A DNA stretch of 64,000 bases from an uncultured Phycisphaerales bacterium (GTDB taxonomy: Bacteria; Planctomycetota; Phycisphaerae; Tepidisphaerales; Tepidisphaeraceae). The notes under the pieces were generated by a model. It saw nothing but the letters and a program-made list of their open reading frames with translations, was not told the origin of the DNA and searched no databases. Shown here piece after piece: positions 10,858-20,854 of the stretch; position 1 is the first letter of the stretch, and each line of letters opens with the position of its first letter. The translations under genes and the position numbers were made by a program. The DNA is taken from contig CAVWVQ010000003.1 in the NCBI GenBank assembly GCA_963758525.1, positions 4,864,001 to 4,928,000 on the forward strand, given 5' to 3'.

Positions 10858-11226
10858 ATGCTGTCATCGCTCAGAAATACATTTTTTGCCATCGTCATGC
10901 TCACGCTGGCAGGCGGAATCGCCCGCGCCGCCGTCGCGCCACCCTTTTATTCCGCGGTCGGCACCGCATTAACTCCGGAGGTCGGCGTGGTGAATACCGG
11001 CATCTTGCAGGATGCAAAGGGCATCGTCAGCGCCGATCACAAATACGTCACGATTACCATGGGCGGAACCAGCGCCGGCCTGCTGGCCCTGCAGGAGTTT
11101 AGTTTTCAGCAGGGCGGGATTGCTGCAGCCGACTCCAACGTCGATAGACTCGCAGCCGCGCAGGGCGCTCCGATGCCAGTCGTCGTAACGATCCTCGATC
11201 GAACCGGGATTACCCGCGTCGACTAA
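10858..11226 (+). CDS. Small exported hypothetical protein with a secretin-like VSADxxYV segment
   Basis: Signal peptide ending ARA; PEVGVVNTGILQDAKGIVSADHKYVT. Confidence 0.5.
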   Translation: MLSSLRNTFFAIVMLTLAGGIARAAVAPPFYSAVGTALTPEVGVVNTGILQDAKGIVSADHKYVTITMGGTSAGLLALQEFSFQQGGIAAADSNVDRLAAAQGAPMPVVVTILDRTGITRVD

Positions 11227-11240
11227 ACCAAACCACACAG

Positions 11241-14200
11241 ATGGACAACCAGATGAATGAGAACGATCCGACTCCGATTCCCCCCGCCTCGGCAGCGCCG
11301 TCAGTCACTCCGTCCGCGCCCGGCGTCACGTCGACCGAAGCGAAGCCTCCCGCAAAGAAAAAACGCCGGCTCTGGCTCAAAATTGTCGGCGCACTCGTTG
11401 TCCTTCTGATTCTGCTCGTGCTGCTGATTCCGACGATCGCCAGCACCGGAATGGTACGGTCGATCGTTGTTGGAAAAATCAACGATCAACTCAACGGCAA
11501 GCTCGATATCGCGGACTGGTCGCTTGGGTGGACCAGCGGCGTTCGAATTGAAGGCTTGAAAGTCGTCGATGCCGACGGGAAAGAGGTTCTGTCTCTGAAA
11601 AGTCTCGACGCGCCGGTTTCGTTGATCGGACTGGCACGGGGAAACTATGACCTGCATCAAGTGGTGATCGACGGGCTGGATTTTCATGCTGTTCGGGAAA
11701 CTGACGGCACTCTCAACTTCGCAAAGCTAGCCAAGACGTCGCCATCGAAGGGCGGCGGGTCTCCCAACCCTCCAGCGAACGAAAATAAACCATCCGAGCC
11801 GGCAAATAGGCCGGAGTCCGGCAGCGCTCCACCCGCGTCCGCGCGGCCGGGCGAAACGAAGCTCCCTGACTTGCGTGGCGAAATTGTCCTGAAGAATTGC
11901 ACCGGCACGATCGACGATCTGCAGGCGAAGACGACCACGCAGCTCACGTCGCTCGAAGCGGACGTCAAAATTCCCGATATCAATCAGCCGATTGAAGACT
12001 CGCTCGACGCTACGCTTGATAACGGCAAGGGCGCGGCCGGCAAAATCTCGGCCAGCGGTAAGCTGCTTCTGGTCAAGAACAATGTGCTGCTCACCGATCC
12101 CGCGCAATTCATCCGCGAAGCGGACATCGACCAGAAAGCGACGCTCTCCGGTTTTGATCTCGCGACGATCGCGCCGTTCCTCGGCCGCGACTCAGGGATC
12201 AACGAAATTGCCGGCATTAGCGATGGCGAAGTGACGATCCGCTTCAAGCCGTCCAGCGACGCCGACATCAGCGCGATGCTGCATCTGGCCAAGCTCGCCG
12301 TTAGCGGCGAGGCGCTGAAAGGCGACACCTTTGCCGCGCAGAGCCTGGACGTGCAGGCCAATCACATCGCGCTGACGGTGCCGGCCGACGCGAAGGGTTT
12401 CGACGCCGCGCGTATTCGCACCGGCCCAACCGACGGCTCCGGGCCGGTCGCCATCACGCTTCTGCAGGACGGCGGATCGAAGTCGACAATCACCTTTTTT
12501 GCCGACGTGTCGCAAAGCGCACTCGGCCGGCTTGCAAAGAACCTTGCTCCCGGAGACTCCGGCACGCTCCGCGCGGCGGTCGATCTCGATCTCGCGCATC
12601 TGGCGACGAGCATGCCTCATTTGTTTGATCTGCAGCATGGATTGACGCTCAAGAGCGGCCGGCTGACCGAAGGGACCGCCGTCGATCTCACGCCCGACAA
12701 GCTCGCGCTGCACCAGACGGTTTCCGTCAGTGGGGTGGCAGGTCACAACAGCGCAACGAATTCCGATGTAGCGCTTGAGCCGATCGATCTGAGCGTGAAC
12801 GCGAACAGCCTGGGTGGTGGGGGGCCGCTGCCGGACGTGCGAAGCCTGAAGCTGAATCTAAGCAGTGGATTTGCGAATGCAACGGCCCAGGCCGACAGCA
12901 TCGACGACCTGGGCGCGGAGCTGCATGCGACGCTTCAGCAGGCTCAAAGCGAACTGGGGCAGATCATTGACTTCGGCAAGCTTCAGCTGGCGGGAAGTCT
13001 GGATGTGGCAGTCAGCTCCAAGGGAAACCTGCTTGGCGGTGCTTCCGCCGGCCCGGCGCATACCGCCGCGCTCGACGTGCATGGCACGCTGAAGGACTTG
13101 CGAGTCACGGGCGAAGGACGTCAGCCCGTCAGCGAGCCGCTGATGCAGTTTGCCGTCACCGGGCAACTGCATGGCAGCGACCAGCAACCGATCGAGCAGC
13201 TAAACGCGCTGGACGTGACGGCAATGGCCGGCGACGCGCAGCATCCGACGCTCGATACGCATCTCACCGCGGGACTGACGTTTCAAAAGCACGCCGGCGT
13301 CAAGCCGGAGGAAACATCCACGGCGATGGTGCTCGAGCAGGCGGTGATCCAGAAGCTCAATATCGATCTCGCCCAGGTGCAGCAGCAGTTCGGAGGGCTG
13401 ATTCCCGCGCTCTCCAACGTCCGGATCGGTGCAGGGATGGTGATTGTGGGTGGTTCAGTCAAACGCGCCGGAGCCATCACTCACAGCACCATTCAGGCGT
13501 TCGTGCAAAACCTCGATTTGCAGCAGCTTCCCGACGCCAAATCCGGCCGAGGCCCCGTCCCGCTCCTCAGCGGGTACACGCTGCGCATGCTGGCCGACGG
13601 ATCGCTCACCAACGATTCAGGCGGCTCTAATTTCAACCTGGCGACACTGGAAATGAGCGACAATCAGAAGCTGCTGACGGTCCAGAAGACCGACGCCCAG
13701 GTGCAGCTCACCACAGGCAGCGGAGCGAACGCCAAAAGTGTCGGCCTGCTGGATATGGTGCAGAAGGCTGATGCGTCCATCTCGATTGCGCTGTCGAAGC
13801 TCAGCGCAATATCGAACGCGATGTCGCCCGCCGGGGAGTCGAAGGTCGCCGCTGCCGGCGGAGCGCCGCCTGCGGCCCCCAAGCCAAAACCGTTGATCAC
13901 GGCAGGCAGCGCGACGGTGACGCTCAGCGTTACGCGAGCCAACGGACAGTTGAGGATCGTCCCCAGGGTGAATGTTTCCAACGATCTTGCAGTCGCCGCT
14001 GGGGATCAGAGCCAGGTGGTTGGGCCGATCGATTTCGCCACTGACATCGCCGTGACCCCGGCAAATGTGCCGCTTTCGAATGACCCGTCCGCACCCGCGC
14101 CGACCTTGCTCGACCAGATCAAGCAGCTTGATATCGCCGATCTGTCGGCGCACGCGGCTGGATCCGAGATCACGCTCAAACAGCCGTTGCACATCACCGA

Positions 14201-15809
14201 CGTTGCCGGGCTCACGCGATTGATACCCTCAACGCAGCCGACCGCCGTCGCCGCAGGGCCGGCGCCATCGCTTAGCGCTGCGCTGTTGATCAAGGGAGAT
14301 ATCGCGCCGATCACCCATCTGCTGGAGACACTCGACGCGGCCGCCGCCGGGTCGGAATACCCTTATACCGGAGCATTTCAGCTCGACGAAACCGTCGGAA
14401 CTGCCGACGGGAACATGACCATCAATGGTCAGGGGGATGTCACTCAATTCGCTCTTCACAATGGGAGTGCCGTCACCTTTTCGGAATCGGATATCCACCT
14501 CGCCAATGACGTCGGTTTGGAGTCCGGCGGCAAGAATCTGAAAATCGGCAACGTTTCGCTGGAGATGCAGAGCAGCAAGGCGCTGAGCCTGGCCGTCAAG
14601 GGTGAGCTGCTCGATCTGGCCACGCAGCGGACGTTTCAAAACGTCACCGCCGATCTGACGTACGACGCTGCGCCGTTGTGGAAGATCGTTCTGCCGTTGC
14701 TTTCAAAGGATTCGCAGGAGCAGTTCAAGGATGCGGTGGTTTCCGGGAAGTTCACCAAACAGTTCGCGGTGACCGGCAGTTTTCCAGCCGAGGGAGCGTT
14801 CAACGATCGCATCAAAAACCTCTCGGCCTCGGGCGGCCTGGAGCTGGGCGTCTTCCAGGGTCAGGGGATCGATCTGCAAAAGCTCAATGTCCCCATTTTC
14901 ATGAAGAACGGGAAAATCTTCATCGCCAATTCCGACAAGCCCGGCGACTACGCGCCGCCGGCATCGATGAACGGAGGCACCCTCTCGCTGAGCGGCGTGA
15001 TGCTTGACCTCAGCGATCCGCATCGAACCGCGTCGCTAAACCCCAATTCGCAGGTCATGAAAAATGTCGGCCTGAATACCGCGCTGTCACATCTCCTCGG
15101 CAAGAATTTCGGCAACTTCCTCTTTGCCAATGCCGGCGGGTCGACCGGATTGATGAACGTCATGGTTGAGAAGTGCGATCAGGTTCCCACCGATGACACG
15201 ATGAAGCAGAATGTCCCCTCGAACAAGGGAATGCTCGCGATGGACGTGTCGATCCAGGACCTGTCCCTGACGGGCGGAACGCTGGGAAAAGTGCTCGAGG
15301 GGATTGGACCGGTCGTGCAGGTCTTCTCCAAGGGCCAGGGGGTCGCCACCGGCAGCATCAAGGGAAGCGTCAAGAACTATAAGATAACGCTCGCCCACGG
15401 CATCACCACGCACGATATGACCATCACGCTTGGCGAGCACCAACGCTCCATGCACCTGGCCAGCACGGTCGATCTCCTCAAATTGCAGTTGAAAGACACG
15501 GTCCTCACCCTCCCCGTCTCGCTCTTCGGAATGAGCGACGATCAGTGGCCCAATGGCATCAACCTCGCTCTCACCGGGTCGGTCGCTTCGCCCAAGTTCG
15601 ATGCCGTCGCCGCGGTACAGAAGAGCGTGATCGGCAAAGGCAATCCCCTGGACCTGATCAAGAACGCGATCGGCGGAAAAAAGAAGAAGAAGGGTTCATC
15701 GGATTCGTCCGGCGGGAACAATGACATCAACAATGCCGTCAACGGACTTGAGGGTTTGCTTGGCGGCAAGAAGAAAAACACGCCCCCGGCGACGCAGCCG
15801 GGCGAGTGA
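11241..15809 (+). CDS. Large AsmA-like membrane-anchored beta-rich protein
   Basis: KKKRR plus single N-terminal TM helix; WSLGWTSGVRIEGL; amphipathic beta-strands throughout; C-terminal LTGSVASPKF. Confidence 0.7.
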   Translation: MDNQMNENDPTPIPPASAAPSVTPSAPGVTSTEAKPPAKKKRRLWLKIVGALVVLLILLVLLIPTIASTGMVRSIVVGKINDQLNGKLDIADWSLGWTSGVRIEGLKVVDADGKEVLSLKSLDAPVSLIGLARGNYDLHQVVIDGLDFHAVRETDGTLNFAKLAKTSPSKGGGSPNPPANENKPSEPANRPESGSAPPASARPGETKLPDLRGEIVLKNCTGTIDDLQAKTTTQLTSLEADVKIPDINQPIEDSLDATLDNGKGAAGKISASGKLLLVKNNVLLTDPAQFIREADIDQKATLSGFDLATIAPFLGRDSGINEIAGISDGEVTIRFKPSSDADISAMLHLAKLAVSGEALKGDTFAAQSLDVQANHIALTVPADAKGFDAARIRTGPTDGSGPVAITLLQDGGSKSTITFFADVSQSALGRLAKNLAPGDSGTLRAAVDLDLAHLATSMPHLFDLQHGLTLKSGRLTEGTAVDLTPDKLALHQTVSVSGVAGHNSATNSDVALEPIDLSVNANSLGGGGPLPDVRSLKLNLSSGFANATAQADSIDDLGAELHATLQQAQSELGQIIDFGKLQLAGSLDVAVSSKGNLLGGASAGPAHTAALDVHGTLKDLRVTGEGRQPVSEPLMQFAVTGQLHGSDQQPIEQLNALDVTAMAGDAQHPTLDTHLTAGLTFQKHAGVKPEETSTAMVLEQAVIQKLNIDLAQVQQQFGGLIPALSNVRIGAGMVIVGGSVKRAGAITHSTIQAFVQNLDLQQLPDAKSGRGPVPLLSGYTLRMLADGSLTNDSGGSNFNLATLEMSDNQKLLTVQKTDAQVQLTTGSGANAKSVGLLDMVQKADASISIALSKLSAISNAMSPAGESKVAAAGGAPPAAPKPKPLITAGSATVTLSVTRANGQLRIVPRVNVSNDLAVAAGDQSQVVGPIDFATDIAVTPANVPLSNDPSAPAPTLLDQIKQLDIADLSAHAAGSEITLKQPLHITDVAGLTRLIPSTQPTAVAAGPAPSLSAALLIKGDIAPITHLLETLDAAAAGSEYPYTGAFQLDETVGTADGNMTINGQGDVTQFALHNGSAVTFSESDIHLANDVGLESGGKNLKIGNVSLEMQSSKALSLAVKGELLDLATQRTFQNVTADLTYDAAPLWKIVLPLLSKDSQEQFKDAVVSGKFTKQFAVTGSFPAEGAFNDRIKNLSASGGLELGVFQGQGIDLQKLNVPIFMKNGKIFIANSDKPGDYAPPASMNGGTLSLSGVMLDLSDPHRTASLNPNSQVMKNVGLNTALSHLLGKNFGNFLFANAGGSTGLMNVMVEKCDQVPTDDTMKQNVPSNKGMLAMDVSIQDLSLTGGTLGKVLEGIGPVVQVFSKGQGVATGSIKGSVKNYKITLAHGITTHDMTITLGEHQRSMHLASTVDLLKLQLKDTVLTLPVSLFGMSDDQWPNGINLALTGSVASPKFDAVAAVQKSVIGKGNPLDLIKNAIGGKKKKKGSSDSSGGNNDINNAVNGLEGLLGGKKKNTPPATQPGE

Positions 15810-15824
15810 GGTTCAGCGCATGTG

Positions 15825-16050
15825 AGGGTGTCAGGGTGTCAGGGTTCAGGGTTCAGGGTTCAGGAGAAGAGGCGATAGACGGATCGCCCAGCATCGACGC
15901 TCTAGCCCAGTTCAGTAGCCGCCCTTCCGTATTCCCTGAACCCTGAACCCTGAACCCTGTTCCGTATTCCCTGAACCCTGAACCCCGACACCCTGAACCC
16001 CGGCACCCTGAACCCTGAACCCTGAACCCCGACACCCTGAACCCTGACCC
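15825..16050. repeat. Inverted pair of heptamer/octamer tandem arrays, (AGGGTTC)n and (CCCTGAA)n
   Basis: About 5 G-tract units at 15825-15864 and about 16 C-tract units at 15934-16050. Confidence 0.92.
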
Positions 16051-16221
16051 TCACGTCGTCCCATAAACGACAAGCACTTACGCTTCGCGCGATTCGAGGC
16101 GCTTTCATCTCACTTGCCGCGTCAACGAACCGATGGTAAGTTCCGACGCCTTGCTTGGGGCCGGCTTCGCCCGGTCCGATACATTCTGAACTCAATACCC
16201 CCGACCCGGGAGGAGATCTTC

Positions 16222-17451
<1,230 letters not shown>

Positions 17452-17490
17452 AGTCGGTTCTCGCGCCAGTCACAACGAGTAACCATGAAC

Positions 17491-17523
17491 GAAGCCCGGA
17501 GAGCAATCTCCGGGCTTCTTTCT
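17491..17523 (+). terminator. Intrinsic terminator after metK
   Basis: GAAGCCCGGAGA-GCAA-TCTCCGGGCTTC perfect 12-bp stem with GNRA loop, then TTTCT. Confidence 0.75.
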
Positions 17524-17615
17524 GCGCCCGCATCTGCCGCTTCGCTATCTGATACATCTGATACCTTGAGGGTTGGAAGAATAATCCAACGCCTTCGCGA
17601 CCAAAAGCCGGAAAA

Positions 17616-17655
17616 CTGACATAGGTCAGCGAATGACGATCGGTTCTGATATAAT
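17616..17655 (+). promoter_or_regulatory. Extended -10 promoter and palindromic operator of the TA operon
   Basis: TGaTATAAT at 17647-17655; CTGAC-ATAG-GTCAG at 17616-17629. Confidence 0.55.
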
Positions 17656-17661
17656 CGCGCC

Positions 17662-17930
17662 ATGGGTAAAGTCTCAGCACGCTCTCGAGCCCCTCATGCA
17701 AAGTCTGCTGAGTCATTCTCGTCGCTTCTCACGCGGCGACGCCGCATTCTTGACGAACTGGCGGAACTCGATCTTCAGCTCGCGCGCGCCGGAACAAGAT
17801 CGGATCGCAGGCCGGCGCCACCGAGATAGAGAAACTAGGTCGGGCCGGCGCGTTGCTTGCCGCCACGGTTTGGCCGGAAGACGATTTTTCGGATTGGCGG
17901 AAGCCAAATGCACAACCCGCGCCGCGATGA
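17662..17930 (+). CDS. Putative antitoxin, frameshift in a (CG)n run near 17785
   Basis: MGKVSARSR...ILDELAELDLQLA, then in another frame RRNKIGSQ...AATVWPEDDFSDWRK...; acidic C-terminus; overlaps the toxin start. Confidence 0.55.
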
Positions 17931-18234
17931 AGTGTGGTGGGCAGAACTTCCAGAGACTGGCACGCGTCCTGTGCTCATTTTAACCCGCGCGAAGATGGTT
18001 AGCCGGCTGGCGAACGTAACGGTCGCTCCCTTAACGACTACCGTGCGAAGCGTTGCCACTGAAGTTGAATTGGACCCGTCAAGGCATGGTGTCCCGGCCC
18101 GTTGCGCAATCTCACTCGATAATATTCTTACGATTCCAAGGAGTTCGCTCCTCGAAAAGATTGCCACGCTTGATGCCCGGACCATGGATCTGCTGTGTGA
18201 AGCAATCCGCATTGCGCTTGACCTTCCACGCTGA
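17908..18234 (+). CDS. PemK/MazF-family toxin
   Basis: RRDEVWWAEL, RPVLILT, VAPLTT, ISLDNILTI, IRIALDL. Confidence 0.88.
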   Translation: MHNPRRDEVWWAELPETGTRPVLILTRAKMVSRLANVTVAPLTTTVRSVATEVELDPSRHGVPARCAISLDNILTIPRSSLLEKIATLDARTMDLLCEAIRIALDLPR

Positions 18235-18384
18235 GCTTCTGCTTGTGATGGCAAGCTTACGGCCGATTCAGATTGGACTAGTCTCATTCTCCGCGCTATC
18301 GTTTTGTACGCGTGAGGCATGTTGCCCACGCGATCTTTTCTAATCCCCGCCGAGCGCGATTGCCTTGGCGAGAAGGAGTTGAAT

Positions 18385-18864
18385 ATGTGCGGCACTTCCT
18401 GGGCTCGTCGCCCACACTGCGGTCCCTTTCATTCCGGTTTTTCCCGTAACCCCGAGGCTCATGCCTGGGGTGGAGGGTGGTTCATGCGTCATGGTCACGA
18501 TGACGAGGGTTTTGGCCGATCCGGCCCGTTTGGCATCCGCCGGCCGTTGAGGTTTCTGGCTCACAAGCTCGATCTCAACGAACAGCAGATCACGCAATTG
18601 GCACGCATTCTTGACGAGCTCAAGACCGAGCGCGCTCAGGCGGAAGTAGATGATCGCCGATCTCTTTCCGACTTTGCCGACGCACTGGGCGGCGAAGCGT
18701 TTGATGCGGTGAAAGCCGCCGCTGCCGGCGATCGACGCACGACCAGCGCAACCCGTCTCCGCGACGCCGTCGTGCGCGCGTTGCAGCAGATTCACGCGCT
18801 GCTGAACCCAGATCAGCGCGGCCGACTCGCGTACCTGATTCGCGCCGGCGTGCTTTCGCTGTAA
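18385..18864 (+). CDS. Spy/CpxP-like (LTxxQ) helical protein
   Basis: LAHKLDLNEQQ and LLNPDQR motifs; Gly/His-rich N-terminus. Confidence 0.65.
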   Translation: MCGTSWARRPHCGPFHSGFSRNPEAHAWGGGWFMRHGHDDEGFGRSGPFGIRRPLRFLAHKLDLNEQQITQLARILDELKTERAQAEVDDRRSLSDFADALGGEAFDAVKAAAAGDRRTTSATRLRDAVVRALQQIHALLNPDQRGRLAYLIRAGVLSL

Positions 18865-18895
18865 CGGTTCGACCTGTTGTCATCGTTTGATTGTT

Positions 18896-19015
18896 TCCCC
18901 CCCGGGTTAGCCGCGACGCGCAGCGGAGCGTTTGGGAGCGCTCCTTGGACATTGATCCGGAGAACAAAGCGTGCTCCGAAACGCTCCGCTGCGCGTCGCG
19001 GCTAGCCGGGGGGGA
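18896..19015. repeat. REP-like inverted doublet with ~45-bp arms (TAGCCGCGACGCGCAGCGGAGCGTTT)
   Basis: Near-perfect inverted arms at 18896-18941 and 18971-19015. Confidence 0.85.
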
Positions 19016-19104
19016 TCCCGTTTAAAATTGCTCCGCTCTGAATCGTTACCAGTCACGAGCTGATATCGCTATTCCTGCAGCTGTCGTTGAGCCGATAAAA
19101 CCAA

Positions 19105-19854
19105 ATGAGGTCGGCCGTCATGTTGCGAGAGTTAATAGCGTTGCTGCCCGAATCGCTGGGTGAATGCTCATTGAGTGTCGCCATCGGAGGGGCCGTCATC
19201 GGCGCGGGCTTTTGGCTCGCTGGGGCGCGTTTTAGCCGTTCGCTCGTAACGCTCATTGCCGTCGCGATCGGGACGAGCGTCGGCATGCGCCTGCCGAACT
19301 GGCTCGGATGGAGCATCGACGGGATGGCCGTCGGTGTTGGAGGGGCCGTGGTCCTTGGTGTCAGCGGATATCTGCTGCATCGCACCTGGATCGGGTTGTA
19401 CCTCAGCTTGCTCTTGACGCTCTGGGCGGTCGCCGGCTCATGGACCGTCCTTATGCGATCGCAAACGTTGATTCCGTTATCGGTCGATTGGAAAACTGGC
19501 ATGGTTGCGGCCTTCGAGTCGATGTGGAATCAGTTGCCGACGACGCTGGTGCACGCTGTCGCGATTGCCGCAGGCGCGGGTTTGCTCGCAGGAGTGAGTA
19601 TGACGATTTTCTGGCCCAGACTGAGCCGGGTGACAACCTGGAGTCTTGCCGGGGTCACGCTGCTGCTGACCATGCTCGGCGCGGCTGAGCAGACGACGCA
19701 TTCAAACTGGGTGACGGCGATCAAACTGAATGACGCCTCGCAGGCATCGGCTCTGTTCGGACTGGTCCTGATCGGGGGACTGATTCAGTGGTGTTTGACG
19801 TCGCGTGCTCACCAAAGCACCGCGACGAGAACGCCGCTGCCGATGGACGATTGA
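19105..19854 (+). CDS. Multi-pass membrane protein (DUF4203-like)
   Basis: About 7-8 Gly-rich TM segments; similar layout to the next gene. Confidence 0.55.
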   Translation: MRSAVMLRELIALLPESLGECSLSVAIGGAVIGAGFWLAGARFSRSLVTLIAVAIGTSVGMRLPNWLGWSIDGMAVGVGGAVVLGVSGYLLHRTWIGLYLSLLLTLWAVAGSWTVLMRSQTLIPLSVDWKTGMVAAFESMWNQLPTTLVHAVAIAAGAGLLAGVSMTIFWPRLSRVTTWSLAGVTLLLTMLGAAEQTTHSNWVTAIKLNDASQASALFGLVLIGGLIQWCLTSRAHQSTATRTPLPMDD

Positions 19855-19865
19855 GAGGTAAGAAC

Positions 19866-20546
19866 GTGGCTCAAGAATCTGAAGCATCTTCGACTGTCGC
19901 TGGCGGGAGCTCGTGGTTGCACTATCTGACGCACTGGCCGGCCCAGCATGATCTGCTCAACACCTGCCATGACATGGCGCCCGGAGTTGCGGCACTGCTG
20001 GTGCTGCTCGGGGTGGTCTACCTGCTCTTCGGTTTCAATATCTACAAAGGACTGGTGATCCTCAACGCTGCCGTCCTCGGCGCGGCGCTGGGGGCGGCCC
20101 TGGGCGAAAGCAACCACATTGAGGTGCCGCTGGCGATTGTCGGCAGCTTCGCCTCCGCCGCCATCACCTGGCCGCTGATGAAGTGGGCCGTGGCCGTGAT
20201 GGGCGGGCTTTTCGGCGCAGTCTTGGGCGCCAGCATCTGGCGACTGTGCAATCTCGATCCGCAATTCGCCTGGGCGGGCGCCGCCACCGGCATGGTCACC
20301 CTCGGCCTGCTTTCATTCATCCTCTTCCGCGGGTGCATCATGATGTACACGAGCCTTCAGGGCTCTTCGATGCTCATCTTCGGCATCATCTCCCTGCTCT
20401 CGCGGCACGAGAGCATCCTCCGCACCATCAGCGAGAACATCAATCTGCGCCCGCTGCTCCTGCCGATCACCATCTTCATCCCCGCCATCGTCGGCCTGAT
20501 TTACCAGCAGCACAACGGCGGAAGCGTCGGGCCGCAAAAACACTAG
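19866..20546 (+). CDS. Multi-pass membrane protein (DUF4203/TM7S3-like)
   Basis: GVVYLLFGFNIYK, TSLQGS, GLIYQ; GTG start after GAGG. Confidence 0.65.
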   Translation: MAQESEASSTVAGGSSWLHYLTHWPAQHDLLNTCHDMAPGVAALLVLLGVVYLLFGFNIYKGLVILNAAVLGAALGAALGESNHIEVPLAIVGSFASAAITWPLMKWAVAVMGGLFGAVLGASIWRLCNLDPQFAWAGAATGMVTLGLLSFILFRGCIMMYTSLQGSSMLIFGIISLLSRHESILRTISENINLRPLLLPITIFIPAIVGLIYQQHNGGSVGPQKH

Positions 20547-20789
20547 ATGAGTTGCGATCCAGCGATTCTGAAGGCTCCCGCGCTTCAATCACCGCAGCAG
20601 CCCCTGTAGCCGCTGATGTACATCCGCGGCTGCTTTGTGTTGCAGTAAGCACGGCCCCCAGGCTGTCAATCTTGCAGTTTCCCGCGCGCCACATCCGCCA
20701 ATGGCAGCAGGCACCTTTGGGGCGGCGGCGAGCGGCTTGCGCAACGCGTTCTTTTGCAATACGTTACTGCAGGCTACATCGCCCCGGAC

Positions 20790-20805
20790 TGGCCCCACCT
20801 TTGCA
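20790..20805 (+). promoter_or_regulatory. Sigma-54 -24/-12 promoter upstream of clpB
   Basis: TGGCCCCACCTTTGCA with exact GG-N10-GC spacing, about 50 nt before the ATG. Confidence 0.65.
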
Positions 20806-20854
20806 ATGAAGCCTCGCGGCGTGGGATGCGCTGACGTCCTGCGCTGGAGGCATC

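Noticed and set aside
15825..16050. CRISPR array or real telomere
   Set aside because: 7-8-nt units without spacers, internal between intact genes, no cas genes
16050..16221. SAM riboswitch in the metK leader
   Set aside because: No SAM-I or SAM-II core motifs recognisable by eye; an Rfam scan would be decisive
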